From assembly GCA_964016885.1 (NCBI GenBank), contig OZ024741.1, positions 16,244,001 through 16,308,000 on the forward strand: a stretch of DNA of 64,000 nucleotides, read 5' to 3'. The position numbers and the translations under genes were made by a program. This document shows, one piece after another, positions 16,045 through 28,256 of this stretch (the first letter of the stretch is position 1; the number at the start of each line of letters is the position of its first letter). The notes beneath the pieces are model-generated. The model was given only the letters and a program-made list of their open reading frames with translations. It made no database searches and was not told where the DNA came from. Source of the DNA: Eledone cirrhosa. Taxonomy: Eukaryota.

Positions 16045-16667
16045 ATGAAGAGAGAAGAAACATTAGATATAATTAGTAATAAGATATATCATACCTAAAC
16101 TGCTTCTATAGTCCCCGACTACGTAGTTTCGTGGCATGTTATGCAAAAACACTAGATCATAGAGATATAGAGTCTTTGTGAGGTTCTGCCGACTTATCAA
16201 GGGGATACCTCATTAAGGATTTCAAAACACGTCTGCAATGCGCGAGATAGAATCTCGAAAAGGCGGAGGGAGAGTCAATCACGTGATACAGCGGTCAAGA
16301 AACAGAGCTAAGAAACAGCTAGGTATGATATATCTTATTACTAATTATATCTAATGAATACCCCCTCCGCCTCCGTGGGTTTTTTTTCAGAGTTATAAGG
16401 GGCTTAGCTCTGTTTCTTGACCGCTGTATCACGTGATTGACTCTCCCTCCGCCTTTTCGAGATTCTATCTCGCGCATTGCAGACGTGTTTTGAAATCCTT
16501 AATGAGGTATCCCCTTGATAAGTCGGCAGAACCTCGCAAAGACTCTATATCTCTATGATCTAGTGTTTTTGCATAATATGCCACGAAACTACGTAGTCGG
16601 GGACTATAGAAACAGCTAGGTATGATATATCTTATTACTAATTATATCTAATGTTTCTTCTCTCTTC

Positions 16668-16668
<1 letters not shown>
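16045..16668. mobile_element. About 270-bp near-perfect inverted repeat (16045-16312 and 16403-16668), inverted pLTR-like structure
   Basis: The arms are reverse complements with a few substitutions. The spacer contains a third partial copy of the arm end (16313-16356). The right end abuts (TA)n. Confidence 0.85.
16510..16603 (+). ncRNA. Hammerhead ribozyme with U3-A8 variant core; mirror copy at 16112-16205 on the minus strand
   Basis: Stem I TCCCC/GGGGA; core TTGATAA 16515-16521; stem II GT(C)GGCA/TGCCAC with a loop of about 50 nt; GAAA 16585-16588; palindromic stem III CTACGTAG; GUC triplet. Confidence 0.75.
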
Positions 16669-16731
<63 letters not shown>

Positions 16732-17155
16732 GCGTGTGTGTGTGTATGCTTATATACATGCGTTTGTGTGTGTGTATCAATGTGTGCGTGTGTAGATGTA
16801 ATATAATGTAGGTATCTATATATGTGTACTTATATACCCAGTTCTAGGTGGTTCAACTCTGATGACCAAGGTGGATTGCTAAGTGTCTGTTTCAACTTTC
16901 TAACGTAACTCTATGAAATCCTCTTAAACAAACACTGCTACACATATCTAGAGACCACCATTTTATTGTTACGATATTGCTGCATTCTTCTTCTTCTTCT
17001 TCTTCTTCTTCTTCTTCTTTTACTACTTTTTCCTCTTCTTACGTTTTTTCTCCCTCTTCTACCCGTCACTTCTTCTTCAGGCTCCAAAACTCTATATACA
17101 CACACACACACATACATATACAATACTGCACGCTGCAAACCCTACATACACACAC

Positions 17156-17224
<69 letters not shown>

Positions 17225-17270
17225 CTCACACATGCAGAAACATACACATACACACTCACACACATAGAAA

Positions 17271-17377
17271 AATAAAGGGGAGTGAACAGGGCAAAAACAA
17301 AAACAAATTTCTTCGAGACATATATATATCAAATACACACACCCGCATATATATATAAATATATATATACACATATA

Positions 17378-17411
<34 letters not shown>

Positions 17412-17455
17412 GTGTGTGTGTGTGTGTGTAAACACACACACACACACACACACAT

Positions 17456-17544
<89 letters not shown>

Positions 17545-17644
17545 GTATATATATATTTATATATATATGCGGGTGTGTGTATTTGATATATATATGTCTC
17601 GAAGAAATTTGTTTTTGTTTTTGCCCTGTTCACTCCCCTTTATT
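17271..17644. repeat. Inverted repeat with arms of about 110 bp around a (TG)/(CA)/(TA) microsatellite core
   Basis: aataaaggggagtgaacagggcaaaaac... versus ...gtttttgccctgttcactcccctttatt. Confidence 0.88.
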
Positions 17645-17888
17645 TATATATATATATACACATATACATATATATATAGTCTCCTTCTCAACAAGCAAGA
17701 TGAAAAAAACTTAAATCTTTAATTTTTCGTTTTTAATTCTTATTAATTCTTTTTAATTGTAATACTCAACATTTAATAAAATGAATTTTACTAATACATC
17801 GAAACTCGTTATACTTTATATACTTCATATACATTATAAAACTCTTCTTTTTTTTTTAAAGAATTGTCCCACTCATTTTTTCAATAAT

Positions 17889-18067
17889 TGTTTCTACTTT
17901 AGGCACAAGGCCAGCAATTACCCAGTGCATTACTGGTACTTTATTTTATCGACCCCGTAAGGATGAAAGGCAAAGTCAACCTCGGCGGGATTTGAACTCA
18001 GATCGTAAAGGGACGTAACTATGCTGGAAAGCATGGCGTCCGACCCTCTACCGACACTGCCAATCCA
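17889..18067 (-). mobile_element. tRNA-derived Nin-domain-type SINE with a 20-bp target-site duplication
   Basis: Minus strand: A-box-like TGGCAGTGTCGG, B box GAGTTCAAATCC, then GTTGACTTTGCCTTTCATCCTTACGGGGTCGATAAAATAAAGTACCAG. The direct repeat ccactcattttttcaataat is at 17869-17888 and 18068-18087. Confidence 0.85.
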
Positions 18068-18302
18068 CCACTCATTTTTTCAATAATGTCACTTTGACGA
18101 ATCAAAGAAAGGAAAAAAAAGAAAAACAGACCCTAAAATATATTTTCCGTGCTATTTCCAATTTCACCTTTTCTCTATAACTACTGTTTTGTATAGAACC
18201 TTACATCCCTTTTCAAATATATATATGTATACACATTCATATATACAAAAACTTTCTTCGAGACGTATATATATATATACATAAGCAAAAGAGATATTTA
18301 AT

Positions 18303-19882
18303 TTGTTGGTAATTCATACATTTAATAGGTCCGATAAAAAATCTTCCACTTCACTTTCACATCTAATTTGGAATTTAAAGGACAACAATATAGACTATTC
18401 AATATCTTGGGGAACGATTTCGAAAGCACTTGCATACCGAAATATGGCTTTCTCAAGAATTTGTCATTTGTGTATCGTGGAAATTTTTTATATAATTAAC
18501 TGTCAAAACTCTATTAATTTAAAAACAGAATTATTTTCTTCTTGCAGACATCGCCAAAAATCCACTTTCCGAAGAATTTTTAATCTATGATATTCATTAC
18601 ATTTGACTATATCTTATACACCTTTAAAATGATCCTATTATTTACTGAGTTTTTCTTTAAAAGATTTAAATTTTTTAAATGATCTTCCTTCTTAAATTTA
18701 GTATTTTTACCATTTGATATTCTTTTCCTAATGATTCTCTTCTTAATCTATTTTTTAGGTGTAGATTGATACTCTTTAATTGACATTCTGAAAGATATCC
18801 TCTTTACGATAGTTCTTCTAAATGCACTCTCGACTTATCTAATAATACATACTTTTTTTCCTCTCTTTAATCTTCAAACTTTTCACACATCTTTCGACGT
18901 AGATAATATGTAATTGAAATTCTCATCCTTATAATATAAAATACCTTATAATCTCACACAATATATCATTTTCTCTATATACTTTCTAAGTAAATCATTC
19001 ATCAAATTTAATGGTTACCAAATAATATTGGAGTTATCTTTTCCTTTACAATTGAGCAAACATAGACATAATAACTTGTATGATAAATTATATAATTTCG
19101 CTAAATTAACAATGTTCTGAAAACATTTTCAATGTTGGAGCAAAATATTTGAATCTACAAATTGTTCTTCTCTTACAACTTGAACTACGTCTTTTTCTTA
19201 AATATTTATGTAAAATATAAAATCAACATCCTTCGTAAATCATATTAGAAATGTAAACAATTAATACGTGTGGTTTATTTCTATAAAATCACCAATAATA
19301 CTTATACTTGCACAATTATTAATCTATATAGATATTTATATACTTACAACCTGTTGCAATGTAATAAGATAAAATGAACTTACAACCATAATTCTTCATA
19401 TAATCTAATTGATTATATATACAATATTATAACTCATAATGTAGCTAAATAATTTTTAAATTCTGGAATCATATTCCACCATTCCTACAAACTGTTAATT
19501 CTTTTTAAATTCACGTAAATACAAGCTTTTCTTTCTTTCTCTTTCTTCTTCCTACACATACATACATATATATCCTAATAATTATTTAAATCTACCTAGC
19601 GTCTATAATAACGGGGTTTTTTTCAGCCCTCTGCCTCAATCTCATTTGCATATTCATCTTAATAATTTGAAATATTTGACTTTTCTTTTCTTTCCCTTCT
19701 TTCCTTTTACTATCCAGGAAAAACTTGAACCGTTAAGATCTTCTTCCTGGATATGTCAATATTTATAAAACGAACTTTGTATTTTATCTGATGAGAGCGT
19801 ACCAAAGTTTTGGTACCCTTGAAATATATATAATAGAATAAATATGGTTTTATAAATATAGTTTCCTTTTATTTAATATTAT

Positions 19883-19885
<3 letters not shown>
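18303..19885 (+). mobile_element. 5'-truncated Penelope-like element: GIY-YIG C-terminus (to 18590), about 1.3 kb AT-rich 3' region, pLTR with hammerhead (19780-19840), ending at (TA)n
   Basis: STSLSHLIWNLKDNNIDYSISW...ICHLCIVEIFYII...INLKTELFSSCRHRQK resembles the PLE endonuclease C-terminus with CxxC...CRH (Naiad-like by inference). Hammerhead: CTGATGA 19788-19794, stem II GTACCAAA/TTTGGTAC, GAAA 19821-19824. Confidence 0.78.
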
Positions 19886-19943
<58 letters not shown>

Positions 19944-19984
19944 CGAAACATAAGTCAATTGCATGAACTCATAATCCTTTATTT

Positions 19985-20040
19985 ACTGCTATATATATTT
20001 CGATTATAGCCATTGAATGGCTATGACCTCATCAGGCAGT
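19985..20040 (-). ncRNA. Minimal type I hammerhead ribozyme in a short PLE remnant (19940-20103)
   Basis: Minus strand: ACTGC-CTGATGA-GGTCATAGCCAT-TCA-ATGGCTATAATC-GAAA-TATATA-TA-GCAGT. Confidence 0.85.
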
Positions 20041-20099
20041 TAGTCAGTTCTTAGATATGCCAGCTCTGTGTTTATAGTGTTGATGGTATAAAAGCCTTG

Positions 20100-20138
<39 letters not shown>

Positions 20139-20769
20139 CCGACGGGGTACAGTGCAACCTCTCTACTGCTGCTGCTGCCACGATAAAATGCAGCTTCTAT
20201 ATTCTGGGGTTTATTGTTTGATTTGAGTGCCAAGGATTTATATTTGCAAAACAGTTTTCATTTATTCTTCACCAGATGTATTGAATAATAATTTTAACTT
20301 GGTTTCGTATTCTTGAAATAAAAATTCCCGCAATATGCATATATATCTTTTATAAGTTTGATAGGTGTTGGCCTGTGTTGGCCCAGACCGTGTCAAACAG
20401 AACATACGTACAAGAAAGACAGTTTCTGATCAAAAGAGCAAGACATTATTCAATATATGTCGTGTTAACAGGAACTTGTGAGTGGGCAAACAATATTGAC
20501 AATTCCTGCAAAATAAATCTACACACATCTACACATAGGCGGTCAGCGATATATATATATATATATATACATCGTATGTACAGATATACGTACATTAATA
20601 CATATATATATATATGTATATGTGTATGCGTGCATGTTGTTGTATGTGTGTATATATATGTAAGTAAGTATTATGCACGTATGTGTGTGCATATATATAT
20701 AATGGAATAGTGTGATCAGTTGATGGAAAGAATGTCTCGCAGTGTCAGCTGTATGTAAAAATAACAATA

Positions 20770-20935
20770 ATATGTGTGTGTGCATATATATATATATATA
20801 TATATACTGGATGTGTATATGTATATATGTATATATATATATATGTGTGTGTGTGTGTATACATATGCGCTAGTGTACATATATTTATGAACATATATAT
20901 ATGTGTGTGTGTGCGTGTGTGTATGTGTGTATGTG

Positions 20936-20993
<58 letters not shown>

Positions 20994-20994
20994 T

Positions 20995-21038
<44 letters not shown>

Positions 21039-21111
21039 ATACATATGCGCTAGTGTACATATATTTATGAACATATATATATGTGTGTGTGTGTGTGTAT
21101 GTGTGTATGTG

Positions 21112-21144
<33 letters not shown>

Positions 21145-21157
21145 ATGTGTGTATGTG

Positions 21158-21215
<58 letters not shown>

Positions 21216-21557
21216 GTGCTGAAGAATTCAAAGTAAGATAGAACAGAAAAAGAAAGAGCAGTGTTCAGGTAAAGAAGATATATATGAGCTCAGTGGACAG
21301 GGGGATTGTGTGAGGGAAGGATTGGGTGTGTGAACTTCTCTAAAGCAACGGATGGATGGTGAGATTAAAAACTTTCATATGACGACAAATGTTTATATAT
21401 ATATATACTCACATATATAATACTTCGAAGTCGTGTATGTTTCTATAAATGCATACACACTCGCATATATATATGTGTGTGTATAAATATATATATATAT
21501 ATACATATATACATACATACATACATACATACATACATACATACATACATACATACA

Positions 21558-21591
<34 letters not shown>

Positions 21592-21709
21592 CATACATAC
21601 ACACATACATACATACATAAATACAAACATACATACATACATATATACATACATACACACATTCATATTTACATACATACATACATACTTACATACATAC
21701 ACACATTCA

Positions 21710-21743
<34 letters not shown>

Positions 21744-21769
21744 CATACATACATACATACACACATTCA

Positions 21770-21801
<32 letters not shown>

Positions 21802-21869
21802 CACATACATACATACATAAATACACACATACATACATACATACATATATACATACATACACACATTCA

Positions 21870-21903
<34 letters not shown>

Positions 21904-21925
21904 CATACATACATACATACATACA

Positions 21926-21955
<30 letters not shown>
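20770..21955. repeat. (TA)/(TG) compound repeats with a local duplication, and a long (TACA)n tract
   Basis: Directly visible. acatatgcgctagtgtacatatatttatgaac occurs twice (20861 and 21041). Confidence 0.9.
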
Positions 21956-21956
<1 letters not shown>

Positions 21957-22199
21957 TTGTCAAGACCCCGCTCGAGCCAATCTAAATGAAAAATAACATT
22001 TGTCCATTCGGCTGATATTGAGTGGCCTCCCTTGAGTATAGTGTTCTTCTACAGACACACACTCAGCATTCTTCATGTTTGACATCCAGATGTCGCCACC
22101 ATATTGACTGACCATCAAAACACTAAGAACGACAATACATCAATGTCTTATGTACTTTCTATATTTTCTTCTCACAATCTCCTCTAAACTTCCGAGAGG

Positions 22200-22288
<89 letters not shown>

Positions 22289-22789
22289 TCTATATATATA
22301 AAACTGAGGATGCCTGTCTGTGTGTGTGTGAGTTCGAATCCCTAAAACTCGAGAACCACCCAACGACTGTTTTCAAACTTTACACATGTAATACTTATGT
22401 TTCAGGGAGTGTTTTGAGCAAAGGAAATTTCTAATTTTCAATGAGCTAGGGACCGCATTAGGCGCTTTAGCGATCTCGCTCTATAATTCTTAGTCTTTCT
22501 CTTTTTAGATAGATATATACTTATAACGTCGCGCCCTTATAATATCAGTCTGTATGTCTGGCTGTCTGCATTACGTCACTTCCCTGAGGATGTCTGTGTT
22601 GTGTGTGTGTCTGTGAGATTGAATCCCTAAAACCCAAGAAGTACCCAACCGACTGTTTTCAAACTTTACACATGTAATACTTATGTTTCAGGGAGTGTTC
22701 TGAGCAAAAAAGAATTTCAAATTTTCAATGCTCTAGGGACCGCATTAGGCGATTAGAGGATGTGTGTGTGTGTGTGTGTATGTGTGTGT

Positions 22790-22880
<91 letters not shown>

Positions 22881-23432
22881 TTTGAATCCCTAAAACTCGA
22901 GAAGTACCCAACCGATTTTTTCAAACATTACATGTGTATTACTTATATTTCAGTGAGTGTTATGCACATAAAAAAATTCAACTTTTTGATCCCCTAGGGG
23001 GGTTTTTGAGTCGTTACGTCAGATTGGTTTCCTTGAAATTATAATTATGTATTAGTCAGTCTCTTCTTCATACCGTGAGCAAAGAAAATTCAACTTCTGT
23101 ATGGCCCAGGGCCCGCATTAGGTGAAAACTTCATTTTTTCAGCTTTTTAGGGCTTTTTTGAGGCGTTACGTCTAGCCGATTTTCCCGAAATTTCAAGGCA
23201 TATTATGCACATAAAAAAATTCATTTCCTTGATACCCTAGGGCCCGCAGTAGGTTAAAACCTGCATTTTTCCTGCTTCATCGAGGAAAATCTTAAAGGTT
23301 ATCCAGCCATCAGAGTATTCGGTTTATTTTCTTTACATATTGTCCAGGCATCCAGTTTTTCCACGATTAGGTCTGTTGGCGGCTCGCGTTCCAAAATACC
23401 TTATCCCGTGCAACGCCGGGTACCACTGCTAG
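22289..23432 (+). mobile_element. Non-autonomous Helitron
   Basis: Starts TCTATATATATAAAA after an A. Ends with the hairpin CCCGTGCAACGCCGGG, 8 nt, then CTAG followed by T (A|T target). It holds three internal repeats spaced about 260-290 bp apart (gaatccctaaaac...) and (TG)n tracts. Confidence 0.85.
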
Positions 23433-23443
23433 TATATGTGTGC

Positions 23444-23584
<141 letters not shown>

Positions 23585-24049
23585 TCATAAATAGATAGAT
23601 ATATGCTCACATATGAATATATATATATAGAGAGAGAGAGAGAAGGGGAGAGACAGAGAGAGTATGTGCGTGTGTGAAATAGATAGACAGATAGATAAAT
23701 AGGTAGATGGATATACATAGAAAAATTAAGAGCAAGAAAAATTGCACATACATATATGTGTGTGTGTATGTGTGTGTGTATGTTTGCGTATATGTGTGCG
23801 TGTGTGTATGTGTTTATACTAGTGCGAACACACTATCTTGCAGATAGTGTCCTTTGAATTGATACCATTGTACTATATATTCTCTTATTATATAGAGAGA
23901 CATATAGATAAGGCGCCCCAACCACACCATGTGTCCTGATTGTATCCCTGCGACTCCATCATCAAATGAAAATAGCAATGGAAACTAGAGATGGTCGTAG
24001 TTCCTGATTTGTGGAGAGAACTCTGTATCAGGCTGACCACCGCCACTGG

Positions 24050-24192
24050 TAGTAGTTCACCGATAGTAGTTCACCGACAGTAGTTTACCGATAGTAATTC
24101 ACCGTCAAAAAATTCACCGTCAAAAAATTCACCGATAGTAATTCACCGATGGTAATTCATCGATAGTAATTCACCGATGGCAATTCACCGAT
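24050..24192. repeat. About 10 copies of a 14-bp tandem repeat (agtaattcaccgat)
   Basis: Directly visible. It resembles subterminal repeats of DNA transposons, but no partner end was found. Confidence 0.85.
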
Positions 24193-24322
24193 TCACTGAC
24201 AAACAATTTACCAATTAGCAAGAACTTAGCAATAGATGAAAATATCATGGCTGTACTGAAAGAACAATGAGTTTCTAAACTTTTAACCTAATCGGTTTAT
24301 CATTTTATATTCATTGTTTGAT

Positions 24323-24428
24323 GGCTGCAAATTGACAGAGTTGCTAGAACATCAGAATGTTTTCTATCATTCGTTCCGGCTCTCAGCTCTCTGCTTTCAA
24401 ATCCCACCGAGGTGAACTTCATCTTCCA
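24323..24428 (+). mobile_element. Degenerate Nin-type SINE head
   Basis: ttcaaatcccaccgaggtgaacttcatcttcca resembles the B box and core of the SINE at 17889-18067. Confidence 0.5.
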
Positions 24429-24435
24429 TAGTATC

Positions 24436-24556
24436 CTGGAGCATCGTGAAATGAAGTGTTTTGCTCAAGAAAACAACACAACCCAGTCCAGAAATCGAAC
24501 CCACAACATTATGATCGTAAGTCCAACACCCTTACAACTAGGCCACGCTCCTCCAC
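24436..24556 (-). mobile_element. Degenerate tRNA-derived CORE-type SINE
   Basis: Minus strand: GCGTGGCCTAGTTG (A box), GGTTCGATTTC (B box), TTCTTGAGCAAAACACTTCATTTCAC. Same family as 29958-30186. Confidence 0.7.
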
Positions 24557-25414
24557 TGACCACTGGATGGACAATCATAAGCAAGAAACTAAAAAGGGCA
24601 AGGAAGCTATCTAGCTAGCAACCAAACAAGTTACAACTCCAATACGACTCTACCATAATGCAATTCTGTTGGTCTTAACTTCCGATCGCAATTCAAATGT
24701 GTTTCTAACCAAGAACAAAAAAAGTTGTCATTTTGTTTCCATATATAAATTAATATACAATGTTTTTCAAACATTTGGTCCCATAGGAAATATATTTAAC
24801 TTTTAAAATTTCCGTTTAAAATGTATCTATTAATTAGTTTATCAGTTACAATACATGTTTAGAATGTATAGGTATAAAAACCAAAAAAATAAACAAAAGT
24901 AATTAATAAATAAATTTTAGCAGGAAATTATAATGTTAAAATACAGTAAATACATGACTTGAAACACCCTGTGTGTTGTTTCTATTCTAAGTTTCACTTC
25001 AAAGCAAATTGTATAACAATAGCGAGTTTCAAATACAATTCGAACACATTATCTCTGCTAGCAAAGATCAAGATTTTAATCGATTAATTATGTAAATCAA
25101 TTGAGATAATTAAAATTCAGAAAGAAAAATATAATATCTTATTTTCAAGGGAATCTATGAAATACTAATTAATTATATTCAACAAGAAAGGTGGGTTTTA
25201 AAGTATGACAGAATAAACAGGAGCTAAGAAACATAATTAATTACCCATAATGCCTTGGAGCTATATATCCTCCGAAGATCATTTCTGATCCGAGTTTCAT
25301 TCAACCGTGTTAAGACATTCACACATTCTTCTAATTAATCTCTGCTAGAAATGTATAACGTTATTGATTTTAGACATGTACGTCTAGTTGTGTGTATGTG
25401 TAGTTATTTGTATT

Positions 25415-25422
25415 TGTGTGTG

Positions 25423-25493
<71 letters not shown>

Positions 25494-25686
25494 GTGTGTT
25501 TGTGTGTTGTGTGTGTGTGTGTTGTGTGTTGTGTGTGTGTGTCTGTGTGTTGTGTGTGTGTGTTGTGTGTGCGTGTGTGTTGTATGTGTGTTGTGTGTGT
25601 GTGTTGTGTGTGCGTGTGTGTTGTATGTGTGTGTCTGTGTGTTGTGTGTGTGTGTTGTGTGTGTTGTGTGTGTGTGTATGTGTGTT

Positions 25687-25763
<77 letters not shown>

Positions 25764-25893
25764 TGTCTGTCTGTTTGTGCATACATATGTGGCTGTCGTT
25801 TCTGAAACAATATATATTCTTGAATATATAGACACACATACATACACCAACATACACACACACGCACACACATACAGACACACACACACACAT

Positions 25894-25928
<35 letters not shown>

Positions 25929-25975
25929 AACACAAATATACATATATATGTATATTTATGTGTCTGTGTGTGTGC
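25415..25975. repeat. (TG)n/(CA)n compound microsatellite
   Basis: Directly visible. Confidence 0.95.
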
Positions 25976-26247
25976 GTTTATAATAATACCTTTTTTATAA
26001 ACATTAAATTTAGCCTCAGTATGAATAGAAAAAGGTAAGAAAATGATTAATTAGGTGAGGTAACGACTTTGATTAGTTCTCACATTGAGGCTAAATTATA
26101 TACTTAGTCCAAAGGTCGAGTATTATCTCCCCGAAACAGTCTTTCGTACATTACTAATTAATAAAATAATAATAATGAAAACATTATTGTGTACAGTGCT
26201 CAGGTGTACAAACAAACATGTATATAGACCTATTTATGAACACATGA

Positions 26248-26278
<31 letters not shown>

Positions 26279-26285
26279 TGCACAT

Positions 26286-26330
<45 letters not shown>

Positions 26331-27028
26331 AGAGTCGGGACCCCCAAGGCTGAGCTCTTACCGTTTCAACACCTTGTTCCAGACTACCACAAGTATTGAG
26401 TATTCTGGTGTGTAATGGTTTGACAAGTTTCAAACTGAATTCATCCTGATTTATATATATATATACACGCACACATATATATGTGTGCGTGTAGAGAGAG
26501 AGAGAAAGAGAGAGAGAGGGGGGGAGAAAGAGATAGGGGGAGACAGAGAGAAAAAGAGAGTGAGAGACAGAGAGAGAGATTTTTAAAGAATCGAAGTCAG
26601 TGTTATAGCATATGTACAAACTTTATTGGCATATTACAATTGTTTCGATATCGATCAGCTCAAGGTACAATCAAGGTGACTGGGCCTTACTCTCTTTCGA
26701 CATCTCGTCAGATATGCGAGCTTATAAATGCAAAGACACATCTAACTGACATATATATGTGTGGTTGACGGATAAGAGAAAGAAGTACACAATATCGATG
26801 TAGAGTTTTAATATTCATTTTATTATGGCTGAATAATGAGTTTTGTTACTCTAGAGTTTCGCCTGTTTATATATTATATTAAATTATATTATATTAAATT
26901 ATATTATTTATGTTCATACACGGAACAAAAGCGCTATCTAAGGTTTCACAGCCCAATATTGGCATTATCTCCATATTGTAAAAGTAATTAAATGTGACCT
27001 AGTCTTCAGGCGCTTAACAGCTGTTATA

Positions 27029-27379
27029 TACATACATGAGGATTTCAGCGTCTTCACGGACATTGCCACATCTTATTGATTCTTCATTGTCATCGCATCC
27101 GCGTCCATGACTTCGTAGATGACTTTGTGGGCCAGCTGTAGATCTACATGGTTTACGACACAGGTGACAGAGAGAGTTGTGATCTCCACAGGACCGGTGG
27201 TGTCGCCATGTGGGACACAATCTTTATATACCATCATGTGGGTTTTTTATCCAAAACTAATTCTATACAAATTGTTGCATGTCACACACTTTTTCTCGCC
27301 GGGTCTTTGTTGAGTGGTGTTGCAGGTGGGTATCCTTTCATGTGACTTCAGGTGATTAACATAACCAACCTTTGAGAGG

Positions 27380-27382
<3 letters not shown>
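27029..27382 (-). mobile_element. Decayed RTE-clade 3' end with C2H2-like zinc fingers
   Basis: Broken frames give LLSKVGYVNHLKSH, KCVTCNNLYRISFG and CHLCRKPCRSTAGPQSHLRSH. The fragment ends in an ATGTATGT tail. Confidence 0.65.
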
Positions 27383-27461
<79 letters not shown>

Positions 27462-27463
<2 letters not shown>

Positions 27464-28190
27464 TGATGATGGCTGCCCGCCTCGTTATCGAGTATGGCCA
27501 TTGCACGATATACCATTATTAGTAATTATCAATTAATTCCATCGTGCAATGCCTGTGCGCAAAGATATTTTTAAAGTGAGGAAAGACTGTGCACTGAGCC
27601 AATCCCACTCTCTGAGAGACAGTAGTTATAACCCAAAAAGAAGAAAAGATCAACATCATCTGTAACTACTGAGCCGCAAGTTTTATATCGGAGTTATCCC
27701 AGTTTCCTGAGTTGCCTTCTCCTAGAAGAATGCCCTGACAAAGGCTAGGGGTCCTTCACTCCCAGTGGTTTAACCGCGCGATCGGGTGTTCAGCCCGACT
27801 ATTTCTATGTCCCCGCGCATATACATACACATGCACCCATGTATATACACATATACATATACATACACATGCATATACATATATACATATACATATGCAT
27901 ATATATATGCATATGCATATACATATGCATATATATATACATACATATGCATAGACATATTAACCGCGCGGTACATGTGTATATACATATTTACACACTT
28001 TTGAATGTCCGTTGACTCTTATGAGTTCTTCCGCTCTTTGTCAGGTTTTGTTTTTTGTCCTGCAGGGTGTCCAAAATCACCCTCCTCACCAAGTAAACTT
28101 GGTAGGGTTGCCGGTATAGTCGCCGACGACCCGACCATGCGACAGGTTGTACTGGGTTACATGTTACCAGAAGCACTCAAGAGTGACCTG
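27462..28190 (-). mobile_element. Internally deleted RTE derivative (second subfamily), interrupted at about 27770-28000
   Basis: The 5' end (CAGGTCAC...GGTCGGGTCG...GGTGAGGAGGGTG) and body are homologous to 28876-29484. The 3' end is CTCGATAACGAGGCGGGCAGCCATCATCAT. Confidence 0.7.
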
Positions 28191-28256
28191 ACATACATAC
28201 ATACATACATACATACATACATACATACATACATACATACATACATACATACATAC

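Noticed and set aside
19644-19651. Octamer motif ATTTGCAT in the PLE 3' region (and CRE-like TGACGTCA at about 14958)
   Set aside because: Single 8-mers are expected by chance in 64 kb, and the related copy at about 15342 has ATTAGCAT.
24050-24192. Regular short repeats as a possible CRISPR array
   Set aside because: The 14-bp units are directly adjacent with no unique spacers, the context is eukaryotic, and there are no cas genes.
26841-26930. Half hammerhead on the minus strand (GAAA-CTCTAGAG-TA-ACAAAA)
   Set aside because: Stem III and a possible stem I are present, but there is no recognisable CUGANGA box; at best a decayed remnant.
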